DNA of 64,000 nt from an uncultured Chloroflexia bacterium (GCA_963735455.1 CAVTKZ010000004.1:306101-370100); one strand, 5' to 3'. Positions 10,316 to 20,309 are shown, counted from the stretch's first letter. Translations and numbers: made by a program. The notes: a model not told the origin generated them from the letters alone.

Positions 10316-11539
10316 GTGGCCACGATCCGACCGTTCCGCGCCCTTCGCCCCGAGCCGGCCCAGGCCGCTGCCGTGGCGGCCGTGCCGTACGACGTGGTCA
10401 GCACGGCCGAGGCGCGCGCCCTGGCCCAGGGCAACCCGTTGAGCTTCCTGCACGTCTCGCGGGCCGAGATCGACCTGCCGCCCGACACCGATCCTCACGC
10501 CGACCTCGTGTACGAGACGGCCGCCGCCAACTTCGCGACCCTCCGCGCCGCGGCGCCGCTCAGCGTCGAGGACGCTCCCAGCCTGTACGCCTACCGGCTC
10601 CGGATGGGCAGCCACGAACAGGCCGGAATCGCCGGTTGCTTCTCGGTTGACGAGTACGAGCGCGACGTGGTCCGCAAGCACGAACGGACGCGCAAGGACA
10701 AGGAGGACGACCGGACCCGGCACCTCCTCACGCTCGGGGCCCAGACCGGGCCGGTCTTCCTGACCTACCCGGCCGATCCGGCCCTCGACGCGCTCGTCAG
10801 CCGGGCCGCGAGCGGGGCCCCGCTCTTCGACTTCACGGCGGTCGACGGCGTCCAGCACACGCTCTGGCGTCTCGGCGCCGGCGAACGGGAGGCGGTCGTG
10901 GCGGCCTTCGATCGGATCCCGCTGCTGTACATCGCCGACGGCCATCACCGGGCCGCGAGCGCGATGCGCGCTCGCCAGGCGCTGCGCGAGACGCACCCGG
11001 GCGACGGCCCGATCGAGGCCGACGGCTTCCTGGCCGTGGCCTTCGCCCATGACCAGATGCAGGTCCTGGCCTATCACCGGGTCGTCAGGGACCTGGCCGG
11101 CCAGGCTCCGGCAGGATTCCTGGCCGCCCTTCGGGGCCGGCTCCGGGTCGAGCCCGGCAGCGCCTCGCCGGCGGGCCCGGGCGAGGTGTCGATGTACCTC
11201 GACGGCCGCTGGCATGCGCTGACCCTGGCTCCGGCGCCGGTTGGCGCACCGCCGGCCGATCGGCTCGACGTCTCACGCCTGCAGGCCCAGGTCCTCGAGC
11301 CCCTGCTCGGGATCGGCGACCCGCGGACCGACGCCCGGATCGACTTCGTCGGCGGGATCCGCGGTCCGGCCGCCCTCGTCGAGCGGGTTGACGCGGGGAC
11401 CGGAGCCGTGGCCTTCGCCCTCCACCCGGTCAATGTCGGGGACCTGATGGCGATCGCCGACGCCGGTGGGATCATGCCGCCCAAGTCGACCTGGTTCGAG
11501 CCGAAGCTCAGGGACGGCCTCCTCAGCCACCTCATCTAA
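10316..11539 (+). CDS. DUF1015 family protein.
   Basis: 407 aa, MATIRPFRALRP... N-terminus typical of DUF1015. GTG start. Immediately upstream of serA and serC. Confidence 0.75.
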   Translation: MATIRPFRALRPEPAQAAAVAAVPYDVVSTAEARALAQGNPLSFLHVSRAEIDLPPDTDPHADLVYETAAANFATLRAAAPLSVEDAPSLYAYRLRMGSHEQAGIAGCFSVDEYERDVVRKHERTRKDKEDDRTRHLLTLGAQTGPVFLTYPADPALDALVSRAASGAPLFDFTAVDGVQHTLWRLGAGEREAVVAAFDRIPLLYIADGHHRAASAMRARQALRETHPGDGPIEADGFLAVAFAHDQMQVLAYHRVVRDLAGQAPAGFLAALRGRLRVEPGSASPAGPGEVSMYLDGRWHALTLAPAPVGAPPADRLDVSRLQAQVLEPLLGIGDPRTDARIDFVGGIRGPAALVERVDAGTGAVAFALHPVNVGDLMAIADAGGIMPPKSTWFEPKLRDGLLSHLI

Positions 11540-11551
11540 GGAGCGCGCCCG

Positions 11552-12790
11552 ATGAAGGTCCTCGTCGCCGATCCATTCGAGCAGTCGGGCCTCGACGGCC
11601 TTGCCGCCTGCGACTGCGAGGTGGTCTTCGACCCGGCGCTCAAGGACGAGGCCCTGGCCGCCGCCCTGGGCGAGAGCCGGGCCGAGGTGCTCGTCGTGCG
11701 GTCGACCAAGGTCACCGCCGCGATGATTGACGCGCCTGACCTGGCCCTGATCGTGCGCGCCGGCGCGGGCTACAACACGATCGACGTCAGCGCCGCGTCG
11801 GCCCGCGGGATCTACGTCTCGAACTGCCCCGGCAAGAACGCGATCGCGGTGGCCGAGCTGGCGTTCGGCCTGATCCTGGCCCTCGACCGGCGAATTCCCG
11901 ACAACGTCGCCGAGCTGCGGGCGGGCCACTGGAACAAGAAGGAGTTCTCGAAGGCGCGCGGCCTCCACGGGGCGACCCTGGGCCTGCTCGGCTTCGGCAA
12001 CATCGCCCAGGAGCTGGCCCGCCGGGCGCAGGCCTTCGGGATGGACGTCGCGATCTGGGCCCGGCGCTTCGAATCTGGCGCGGACGTCGACCTGGCGGCC
12101 TACGGCCTGGATCCCACCAGCCGGGCGTCACGGATCACGATCGCGGCGACGCCGGCCGAGGTCGCCGCCCGGGCCGACGTCCTGAGCATCCACGTCGCGC
12201 TCGGGCCGGAGACCCGCGGGCTGGTCGATGCCGGCCTGCTCGCCAACCTTCGGCCGGGCTCGTTCGTGATCAACACCTCGCGGGCCGAGGTCGTCGATCA
12301 CGAGGCCCTGGCGGCCGCGGTCCGGGAGCGCGGGATCCGGGTGGGCCTCGATGTCTATCCCGACGAGCCGACCACGCCGACGGCCGACTTCAGCCCGCCG
12401 ATCCTGGCCTTGCCCGGTGTCTACGGCACCCATCACATCGGAGCCTCGACCGAGCAGGCCCAGGAGGCGATCGCGGCCGAGACGGTCAGGATCATCCGCG
12501 CCTTCAAGGAGACCGGCCAGGTGCCCAACGTGGTCAACCTGGCCCGCCGGACGCGGGCCAGCCACCTGCTCGTCGTCCGCCACCGCAACCGGCCGGGTGT
12601 CCTCGCCCATGTCTTCGGCCAGCTGTCCGGGGCGAGGATCAACGTCCTCGAGACCGAGAACGTGATCTTCGAGGAGGCCGAGGCGGCGGTCGCCCGGATC
12701 AACCTGGACGGCGCACCATCGGCCGAGGTGCTCGCCGCGATCCAGGCCGCCGACGAGCACATCATCAGCCTCCAGCTCGTCGCCCTGTGA
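11552..12790 (+). CDS. serA: D-3-phosphoglycerate dehydrogenase with C-terminal ACT domain.
   Basis: 2-hydroxyacid dehydrogenase catalytic and NAD domains (GLLGFGNIAQ, HxGASTEQAQ) plus an ACT domain. Confidence 0.9.
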   Translation: MKVLVADPFEQSGLDGLAACDCEVVFDPALKDEALAAALGESRAEVLVVRSTKVTAAMIDAPDLALIVRAGAGYNTIDVSAASARGIYVSNCPGKNAIAVAELAFGLILALDRRIPDNVAELRAGHWNKKEFSKARGLHGATLGLLGFGNIAQELARRAQAFGMDVAIWARRFESGADVDLAAYGLDPTSRASRITIAATPAEVAARADVLSIHVALGPETRGLVDAGLLANLRPGSFVINTSRAEVVDHEALAAAVRERGIRVGLDVYPDEPTTPTADFSPPILALPGVYGTHHIGASTEQAQEAIAAETVRIIRAFKETGQVPNVVNLARRTRASHLLVVRHRNRPGVLAHVFGQLSGARINVLETENVIFEEAEAAVARINLDGAPSAEVLAAIQAADEHIISLQLVAL

Positions 12791-12803
12791 AGGAGCCGCC
12801 GTC

Positions 12804-13889
12804 ATGACCGACCGGATCTTCAACTTCTCCTCGGGACCGGCGGTCATGCCCCTGCCCGTCCTGGAGCATGTCCAGCGCGACCTGGTGGCCCTGCCCGGAG
12901 TGGGCATGTCGGTGATGGAGATCAGCCATCGCTCGAGCACGTTCGAGGCGATCATCGCCAAGGCCGAGGCCGACATCCGGACCCTGGCCGGCGTCCCCGA
13001 CGATTACCGGATCCTGTTCCTGCAGGGTGGCGCCAGCCTCCAGTTCTCGATGGTCCCGATGAACCTGCTGACCAAGGGCCGGACCGCCGACTACCTGATG
13101 ACCGGGACGTGGGCCGACAAGGCCGCCGGCGAGGCGCGCAAGGTGGGCGCCGTCCACGAGACGGGTTCGACCGCGGCCGACGGCTTCAGCCGGATCCCGA
13201 CCGACGCCGAGTGCGAATTCACGCCCGGCGCCGCGTACGTCCACATGACCTCGAACAACACGATCGAGGGAACCCAGTGGCACCGCCTGCCGCCGGTCGG
13301 GCCGGCGCCGCTGGTGTGCGACGCTTCGTCGGACATCTTCAGCGGCCCGCTCGACGTGGCCCGCTACGGCCTGATCTACGCCGGCGCCCAGAAGAACCTG
13401 GGGCCGTCCGGGGTCACCCTGGTGATCGTCCGCGACGACCTGCTGGCCCGCTCGAGCAAGGCCCTGCCGACGATGCTCAACTACGCCGTCCAGGCCGAGA
13501 ACGGCTCGCTCTACAACACCCCGCCGGCCTTCGGGATCTACGTCCTGGGCCTGGTCGTGGAGTGGCTGCTCAAGCTGGGTGGGCTGCCGGCGATCGACGC
13601 GCTGAACGAGCGCAAGGCCGGGCGCCTGTACGCCGAGCTCGACCGGACCGGCTTCTGGCGGCCGACCGCCCGGGCCGACAGCCGGAGCCTGATGAACGTG
13701 ACCTTCCGGCTGGCCAGCGAGGACCTCGAGAAGGCCTTCGTGAAGGAGTCGACCGCGGCCGGCTTCGACGGCCTCAAGGGCCACCGCTCGGTGGGCGGCA
13801 TGCGGGCCTCGATCTATAACGCGTTCCCCGAGGCGGGGATCGACCGGCTGATCGAGTTCATGCGCGACTTCGAACGGCGCAACGGCTGA
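12804..13889 (+). CDS. serC: Phosphoserine aminotransferase.
   Basis: MTDRIFNFSSGPAVMP... Class V aminotransferase. Conserved PLP-lysine region AGAQKNLGPSG. Confidence 0.9.
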   Translation: MTDRIFNFSSGPAVMPLPVLEHVQRDLVALPGVGMSVMEISHRSSTFEAIIAKAEADIRTLAGVPDDYRILFLQGGASLQFSMVPMNLLTKGRTADYLMTGTWADKAAGEARKVGAVHETGSTAADGFSRIPTDAECEFTPGAAYVHMTSNNTIEGTQWHRLPPVGPAPLVCDASSDIFSGPLDVARYGLIYAGAQKNLGPSGVTLVIVRDDLLARSSKALPTMLNYAVQAENGSLYNTPPAFGIYVLGLVVEWLLKLGGLPAIDALNERKAGRLYAELDRTGFWRPTARADSRSLMNVTFRLASEDLEKAFVKESTAAGFDGLKGHRSVGGMRASIYNAFPEAGIDRLIEFMRDFERRNG

Positions 13890-13906
13890 CCCCGGCCGGG
13901 ACACAC

Positions 13907-13936
13907 GATGACCGCCGGCAGGTGCCGACGGTCATC
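13907..13936. terminator. GC-rich hairpin (8-bp stem GATGACCG/CGGTCATC, 14-nt loop) between convergent serC and the small-peptide operon. Possible bidirectional terminator.
   Basis: The inverted repeat was read from the sequence. There is no U-tract, which is common in high-GC genomes. Confidence 0.3.
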
Positions 13937-13978
13937 AGTCGCGGGGCTCGTTCCCGCGTGGTGCGATCGTGAGATCGA

Positions 13979-14077
13979 CTACCAGCGGTGTCCGGCCTCG
14001 ACGACCAGAGCCGAGCTTGCGATTGTCGCCAGGATGAACAGGACCCGGGTGGTCTGAGATCGAAGGAGGGCCTTCAT
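13979..14077 (-). CDS. Small hydrophobic peptide, 32 aa (MKALLRSQTTRVLFILATIASSALVVEAGHRW), one predicted TM helix.
   Basis: ATG lies 4 nt after the stop of the preceding peptide with a GGTGGGG SD-like motif. It is a paralog of the upstream peptide: K-A-L...hydrophobic...AG-[IH]-RW. Confidence 0.4.
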   Translation of the reverse strand: MKALLRSQTTRVLFILATIASSALVVEAGHRW

Positions 14078-14081
14078 CTCG

Positions 14082-14171
14082 TCAACCCCACCGGATGCCG
14101 GCACCGAGCGTCAGGGCCATTGACGCAATGATCGCCAATGCCAGGGTGAAGCGCGCCAGGTTCGCCTTCAC
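14082..14171 (-). CDS. Small hydrophobic peptide, 29 aa (VKANLARFTLALAIIASMALTLGAGIRWG), one predicted TM helix.
   Basis: GTG start 7 nt after GGAGA. It ends 4 nt before the second peptide and follows a ~250-nt structured leader. Confidence 0.4.
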   Translation of the reverse strand: MKANLARFTLALAIIASMALTLGAGIRWG

Positions 14172-14427
14172 GGTCGTTTCTCCTCGATAGGGCGATGCGT
14201 CTTCAGTTCGGCAACCGGGCTGCCTTGGGCGATCCCCGCCTTCGTCAAGGCCCCTGGCTTTGCGTCCCCGCCTCACGACGGGTTTGCCCTGGACGATTTG
14301 TTGACGGAGGACGTCTGTCGTCCTCAGCTCGAACCGTATGGATTGCCCCCCTCGGTGCGAACGACCCACAGGTACTGATCAGGTCCGGTGTTCGGGGGAG
14401 TTTCCGGGACGCACCACGCCAGCGGGC
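14172..14427 (-). promoter_or_regulatory. ~250-nt structured leader with several stable hairpins (e.g. GAGGACG-acaga-CGTCCTC) upstream of the twin small peptides. Candidate cis-regulatory RNA (riboswitch or attenuator).
   Basis: It is a long non-coding gap inside a same-strand operon (GGDEF-EAL, membrane protein, peptides). Imperfect resemblance to c-di-AMP (ydaO) riboswitch motifs (GGGGGCAAUCC...ACGG), unverified. Confidence 0.3.
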
Positions 14428-15045
14428 TCAGGACGGGGCCGAGCTCCGGTCAGCCGGCGGCGAGGCTGACGGCGTGGCTGACGGGGTGGCTGACGGGGTG
14501 GCCGGCGGGGCCGCCGGCGGCGCGGGAACCCGGCGCATCGCGACCACGATCGCGATCACGACGCCCAGGCCGATCAGCACGTCGCCGACGCTGAACACGT
14601 TGGCGAACGGGATCCCGTGGGGGATCGCGAAGATGTCGGTCAGCGGCTGCAACGCGGGGTGGGCAACCACGGCACTGTTTGAATAGGCCGTCTCGGGTGG
14701 CCGTCCGAGCGCTGCCAGGGCGCCCGGATCAGCCGGCATGTAGCCGCCGTTGGCGGCGATCGCGGCCATGTTGGTGAAGGCGCCCAGGGCCACAACCCAC
14801 AGCCCCGGCAGGGCCACGTTGCGCAGCAGGGCCACGAGGACGAGGGCCGTCGAGCCGACATAGATCGGCACGCCCAGCGAACCGATCCGTTCCGTCACCG
14901 GGGCCGAGAAGAGGACGATCTGGATCGCGAAGCCCAGCACGGCCAGCCAGCCCCAGCGGAACGAGAGCGCCGCGAGCCCGGCCGGCCGGCCGCCGAGCAG
15001 CAGCCCGAGCAGGAGGCCGACCACGACGGCGTACAGGATGAACAT
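14428..15045 (-). CDS. Uncharacterized integral membrane protein (~5 TMS) with a Pro/Ala/Ser/Thr-rich C-terminal tail. Translationally coupled to the upstream GGDEF-EAL gene.
   Basis: Its ATG overlaps the GGDEF-EAL TGA (ATGA). The real product starts at MFILYAVVVGLLLG... The tail ATPSATPSATPSASPP is encoded by 12-bp tandem repeats. Confidence 0.6.
   Translation of the reverse strand: MFILYAVVVGLLLGLLLGGRPAGLAALSFRWGWLAVLGFAIQIVLFSAPVTERIGSLGVPIYVGSTALVLVALLRNVALPGLWVVALGAFTNMAAIAANGGYMPADPGALAALGRPPETAYSNSAVVAHPALQPLTDIFAIPHGIPFANVFSVGDVLIGLGVVIAIVVAMRRVPAPPAAPPATPSATPSATPSASPPADRSSAPS
14461..14510. repeat. Tandem 12-bp repeats (GGCTGACGGNGT x3-4) encoding the PSAT-rich tail of the membrane protein.
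   Basis: Read directly from the sequence. Potential slipped-strand length-variable region. Confidence 0.5.
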
Positions 15046-17731
15046 CAGGCGCCGGCCACCGTCGTCTTGCGGCGCAGGGGCGGTCCGCCGGCCGGTGTCC
15101 CCTCGGGGCTGCCGGGCGCCGTGGCCGGCCGGCTGCCGGTCAGGCCCAGGACGCTGGCCAGGCCCTCGATCGGGCCCGGCCGGGCAAACAGGTAGCCCTG
15201 ACCGAACTCGCAGCCCAGCTCGCGCAGGCGTTCCAGCTGGCCGGCGTCCTCGATTCCCTCGGCGACGACCCGCAGCCCGAGCGTCCGGCCCAGGGCCACG
15301 ATCGCGGCCGCGAATGCCCACTCGCCGGCCTCGCCATCGGCCGGCCCGATGAAGTCCTTGGCGATCTTGAGGATGTCGACCGGGAACCGGCGCAGGTAGC
15401 TCAGCGAGGAGTAGCCGGTCCCGAAGTCGTCGATCGCGATCCGGACCCCGCGCTGGCGGAGGGCCTGCAGCTTGCGGATCGTGGCGGCCGTATCGCGGAA
15501 CATCGCCGTCTCGGTGATCTCAAGGATCAGCCGCTCCGGATCGAAGCCGGTCTCGGCCAGGACCGCCTCCACCTCGTCCAGGAAGTCCGGCTGCTGGAGC
15601 TGGATCGGCGATACGTTGACGCTCAGGCTGAGCTGCTCGGCCGGCTCGAAGCGCAGGTTGAGGGCGCCGACCTCAAGTTCCGCCCGCTCCATCACCTGGC
15701 GGCCGAGGGCCAGGATCGAGCCGGTCTCCTCGGACAGGCCGATGAAGTCGTCGGGCAGGACCAGGCCGCGGGTCGGATGGCGCCAGCGGACGAGGGCCTC
15801 CAGGGCGTACGGCCGGCCGGTGGCCAGGTCGACGATCGGCTGGTGGTAGACGACCAGCTCGCCGTGATTGATCCCCCGGGCCAGCTCGGCCGACAGCTCG
15901 TGGCGAGCGACGATCGCGGTGTGCATCGTCGGCTCGAAGACCGCGAAACGACGCTTGCCGAGGGCCTTGGCGGTGTACATCGCGACGTCGGCATTGCGCA
16001 GCAGCTCGTCGGCCGTCTGGTCGCCGCTGTGGGCCATCGCGATGCCGATGCTCGCCCCGATCACGACGTCGTCGCCGACCAGCGGGAACGACACGCCCAG
16101 GGCGTCGATCAGCCGGCGGGCGACCATCGAGGCCTGCTCCAGCGAGGGCGTGTCCTCGAGCAGGATCGCGAACTCGTCGCCGCCCAGCCGGGCGGCCAGG
16201 TCCAGGCCCCGGATGCACTCGCGGATTCGCTCGCCGACCGAGACCAGCAGGAGATCGCCGGCGGCATGGCCGAGGGTGTCATTGACGATCTTGAAGTCGT
16301 CGAGGTCGAGGAACAGGACCACCGGCAGCAGGTCGCCCCGGGGCGGGGCCTGGAGCCGGATCTCGACCTGCTCGGCGAACATCGAGCGGTTGGGCAGGTT
16401 CGTCAGCGGGTCGTGGTAGGCCTGGTGGCGGAGCTCGTCCTTGAGCCGGCCAAGCTCGGCCAGCGACTGCTCGAGCTGCCCGTTCTCGAGGGCCACCGCC
16501 GCCTGGTTGGCGAGGGTCTCGAGGAGGCGCAGGTCGTCGTCCTCGAACTTGGTGCCCTCCGTCAGCCGGTTGGCGATCGTCAGGGTCCCGATCGTGGCCG
16601 ACTCGCCGACGAGCGGGGCAATCATCGCCCGCTTGATGACCATCACCCGCCCGCCGGGTGTCCGGTCGGGCGTCGAGAAGACCGGCCGCCGGGTGCTGAT
16701 CGCGAGCTCGACATCGGGCTGTGGGACGACCCGGTCGACGGGCACCATCACCTCGCTCCGGCCATCGTGGAGCGACGTGGTCCGCAGGACCTGGCTGCCA
16801 TCGGGGCTGGGGTCGAGGACGACCTCGGCCAGCTCGGCCCGGAACATCTCGCGGGCATGATCGAGGAGGGCGAGGAGGGCCACGTCCAGCTCGGGCGAGT
16901 GCTGCAGGATCCGGCTCGATCGGTAGAGCATCTCCAGCCGCTCGTGCTTCTCGCGCTCCGAGATGTAGGCCCGGTAGGCCAGGAAGAGGGTGATCAAGGG
17001 CAGTGCCAGCAGCCAGACGCTGGACGGGTCGTACCACAGGATCGTGACCGCCAGGAGGGCCAGGCTGGTATTGGCGATCGCCACCAGGCCGCCGAACTGG
17101 AGCATCTCGGGCAGCTTCCGGAACTGGGGCGCGCCGCCGGACAGGGTGATCGCCGTCGCGATGTCGAGGGCGCCGACCGCGCTGGCGACCAGTGTTGCCG
17201 CGAAGGCGGCCACCCAGTCGAGCGGCTGGGGCGGCCCGGCGAGGTGCCCGATCGACCGGAAGATCGCGATCGCCGCCACCGCCACGACGACGTAGTTGGC
17301 CAGGTTGAAGGCCGTCTTGACGGCCGACTGGCGGGAAGTGATCAGGAGGGCTGCCCCGGACCCTGCGACCAGGGCCAGCAAGTACTGGTCGGGTGGCACG
17401 AAGAAGAGCCCCACGACGGCGGGGATCTCGCTCAGCGAGAAGGCATGGGTCTCGCGCCGGAAGTGGACCTCGATCACCTTGAGCTCGGTCAGGAAGAACC
17501 CCAGCGCGAGGAGCGGCGAGGGCAGCCAGATCGGCGCGGCCAGGGCCGGCATCCGGCGGATCCAGGCGAGGTAGCCCAGGAGGGCGAGGGCGAGGAGGAG
17601 GGCGGTGAACGTCCAGACCCGTACGGCGGTCGATGTCAGCAGGCCCCGGCCGGTCAGCGAGCCCAGGGGTCGGCGGGTCCGGAGGGCAGTGATCCGCCCG
17701 CGGGCAGGGGCAGACGAATCGCGCTGGGGCA
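15045..17731 (-). CDS. Membrane-anchored signalling protein with N-terminal multi-TM sensor domain, GAF-like region, GGDEF (diguanylate cyclase) and EAL (c-di-GMP phosphodiesterase) domains.
   Basis: RxGGDEF motif (LGGDEFAI). EAL motifs (EALVRW..., QPIVDL, DDFGTGYSSL, KIAKDFI). ~10 TM helices at the N-terminus. The start may instead be the GTG at 17771. Confidence 0.85.
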
Positions 17732-17823
17732 TGAGTCCATTGTTGGTTGTGAGGGGCGCCAGGAACGCCACGCAGTGGTACGGGTCGAATGGGGTACCAC
17801 TGCCGTCCAGGCGCGGAACTGGC

Positions 17824-18867
17824 TCAGTCCCGGCCGGTCTCCACCAGCCGGCGCGGGTTCTGGACGAAGAGCAGGTCGAGATCCGCCGGGCTGAAGCCCG
17901 CGGCCGCCAGGAACGGGCCGAGGTTGGTCTGGATGTGGTCGTAGCCCCAGCCGCCGTAGGCGTGCAGGCGCATCTTCATGCAGATGTCGTTGCTGATCAT
18001 GACCGCCCGCCCGAAGCCGGCGTCGAAGATCTCCTTGACGTCGTCGATCCGGGCCTGGTCGGTGGGGTTCATCTTCGTCTCGGAGTCGATCGAGAAGGTC
18101 GAGCCGAAGCAGTCGTGGCCGATCGTGGCGCCGGTCTCGACCACGTCCCGCCACCAGGGCGCCCCGTTGACGTGGCAGATGTGGACCCGGCCTGGGTCGG
18201 CGCCGCTCGCCTCGAGCAGGCGCAGGGCGGCCAGCACCACCTCGCGGCGGCCCTCGGTATGGACCACGACCGGCACGCCCGTGGCGCGCTGGACCCGGGC
18301 GGCGGCGACCAGGACCCGCTCCTCGATCGCCGAGATTTCCCGGAACGTCGTCCCGCATTCGCCGATCAGGCCGGCCCGCACGCCCGTGCCGTCGATCCCC
18401 TCGGTGACCTCGGCCAGGAACCGCTGTTCGAGCTGGTCGACGGTCAGAGCCCCGACGCCGGGCGGGTGGAACGCCTCCCGGTAGAACCCCGTGCCGGTCA
18501 CGACGTGCATGCCCAGCTCGCGGCTCAACCGGCGCAGGGCGGCCGGCTGGCGGCCGGCCATGATCGGAGTGAAGTCGAAGACCGACGTGACGCCGGCCCG
18601 CCGGGCCAGGCGCAGCTCGGCGACGGCGTCGTCGTAGCTGTCGAGGACCTGGTTCGAGACCGACCACTGCGGCTCGCGCCGCAGGAAGCCCAGGCTGCGC
18701 AGGCTGATCGGCGCCTCGAGGTCGACGTCCATCTCGGCCAGCAGGCCGGCGATCGCCGGCGGTGGCTGCCGATAGTCGGCCGAGGTGTCGATGAAGATGT
18801 GCTCGTGGCTCAGCGTGTAGCCCAGCTCGTCGCCTGGGATCGGGCCATTGACGGTGATGATCGACAT
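17824..18867 (-). CDS. Phosphotriesterase family protein (PTE/Php aryldialkylphosphatase-like amidohydrolase).
   Basis: N-terminus GYTLSHEHIFID with the metal-binding HxH. TIM-barrel amidohydrolase pattern. 347 aa. Confidence 0.8.
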   Translation of the reverse strand: MSIITVNGPIPGDELGYTLSHEHIFIDTSADYRQPPPAIAGLLAEMDVDLEAPISLRSLGFLRREPQWSVSNQVLDSYDDAVAELRLARRAGVTSVFDFTPIMAGRQPAALRRLSRELGMHVVTGTGFYREAFHPPGVGALTVDQLEQRFLAEVTEGIDGTGVRAGLIGECGTTFREISAIEERVLVAAARVQRATGVPVVVHTEGRREVVLAALRLLEASGADPGRVHICHVNGAPWWRDVVETGATIGHDCFGSTFSIDSETKMNPTDQARIDDVKEIFDAGFGRAVMISNDICMKMRLHAYGGWGYDHIQTNLGPFLAAAGFSPADLDLLFVQNPRRLVETGRD

Positions 18868-19016
18868 GGCCGAATTCTAGGGATCGATGGGTTGCCGGGC
18901 ACTCCGGATCCGGCCCGCGAGCCGGTCGATTCCTGGTCCCTCCGGGTTGCGTGCGCGACGCCGACGGCACGGTCAGCGTCAGCGGCACGTTCCAGGGCAA
19001 GGCCGCGCGGTAGTCC

Positions 19017-20309
19017 TCAGGCGAGCGTCCAGGTCGAGGCCGCGGCACCGTCGCTGACGGTCACCCCGGCGGCCGCCAGGCGGTCCCGGATCAGGTCGGC
19101 CGAGGCCCAGTCGCGCGCCGCCCGGGCCCGGTCGCGCAGCTCGAGAAGGGCCAGCACGAATGGCTCGATCGCCGTCCGCGGGTCGTTCGGGGCGTTGCCG
19201 ACGGCCTCGCCCAGCCGGGCGATCAGGGCTCGGAACGTGGACTCCGCATTGTCCAGGTCGGGGCTGTCCTCGCCGGCCCGGATCCGGGCGTCGATCGCCG
19301 AGTCCAGGTCGAGCAGGGCCGCCACGGCGGCCCGGCCGTCACCCTGGCCGAGGGCGGCGATGAACGTGCCCTCGAGCGTCGCCATCTCGTCCCGGAGGGG
19401 CTCGGCCGGGGCGCCCTGCCCACCCGGCCCGTTGCGCCGCCGGCCGCCCGCGCGGACCGCCGGCTCCCAGCCGATGTCGGGCTCCTGGCCGGCGGCCAGC
19501 CCGCTGGCGACCTCGGCCAGGGTCTCGATCGGCACCTCGCTCCCGCTCGGGAAGACTGTGGCCCGTCCGGCGACCCGCACGGTCACCCCGCCCAGGCCGG
19601 CGACCGACGCCGTGCGCGCGCTCGAGGTCGAGGAGCAGGGCGGTGTGGCTGTCCACGCCGAGGACGAAGGTGCCCGCCGGCAGCTCCGCCTCGAGCCGGC
19701 GCAGGCGGCGTCTCGCCCATGTAGCAGAAGCGGGTGTCGTGGTTGCCGCCCTCGGCGTTGTCCCAGTGCGGGACGACCGCGGCCCGCAGGCCGGTCGCCG
19801 GGCCGAGCAGGTCCAGCCCGGGCAGCCAGCGGGGATCCTCGCCGACCTTGTAGATCTCGTAGACCGGGATCGTCGACGACGCCCAGGGTCAGGGCGGCGG
19901 CGCTGGCCATGGTCAGGATCCCGCCGGCTCCGCAGCCGGTCGGCGAGCGTCGCCGCGGATCGGGCCGCCGGCCCACTGGCGGAGGGCGTAGCTGGGGCTG
20001 CCCGGCCCGGCCATCAGGAAGCGTGCCGCGCGAACCCGGGCGACGGCCGTGGCCGTGGTCAGCGGCGTCGACCGCGCGCGATCGGTACGACGCCACGCCG
20101 ACACGACGCGCCCGACGCTCTCGGCGAAGAAGCGGACGGTCCGCTCGCTGAGGTCGTCGGCGTTCTCCTGGAAGCCGTAGGGCGTGTCGCAGGATCGCCG
20201 CCGGAACCGGGTCCTGGCCGAGACGCTCGAAGAGAGCCCGATGGACCTTGGCCATGGCCGGGGCGGTCTCGCCCGAGCCGATGATCACCAGCAGGCGCGG
20301 GTCAGCCAT
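19017..20309 (-). pseudogene. Peptidase S51 / cyanophycinase-like (class I glutamine amidotransferase-like fold) protein with a C-terminal extension, interrupted by at least 3 apparent frameshifts.
   Basis: N-terminus MADPRLLVIIGSGETAPAMAKVHRALFERLG. The middle parts lie in other frames (ORFs 19913-20104, 19339-19656). The C-terminal 130 aa are back in the original frame. Confidence 0.45.

Noticed and set aside
14082-14369. 95-aa ORF call for the first small peptide region.
   Set aside because: Only the last 29 codons have an SD plus GTG and hydrophobic peptide character. The upstream 66 codons are an Arg-rich read-through of the structured leader.
17605-20151. 848-aa + strand ORF (and similar long ORFs 15777-17894 +, 6603-7922 -, 12765-13904 -, 46106-48232 -, 56858-58942 upstream part).
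   Set aside because: These are antisense or out-of-frame to well-supported genes (GGDEF-EAL, phosphotriesterase, serC, OpuAC/lipB). The composition is dominated by Arg/Pro/Gly/Ala, typical of spurious ORFs in ~72% GC DNA.
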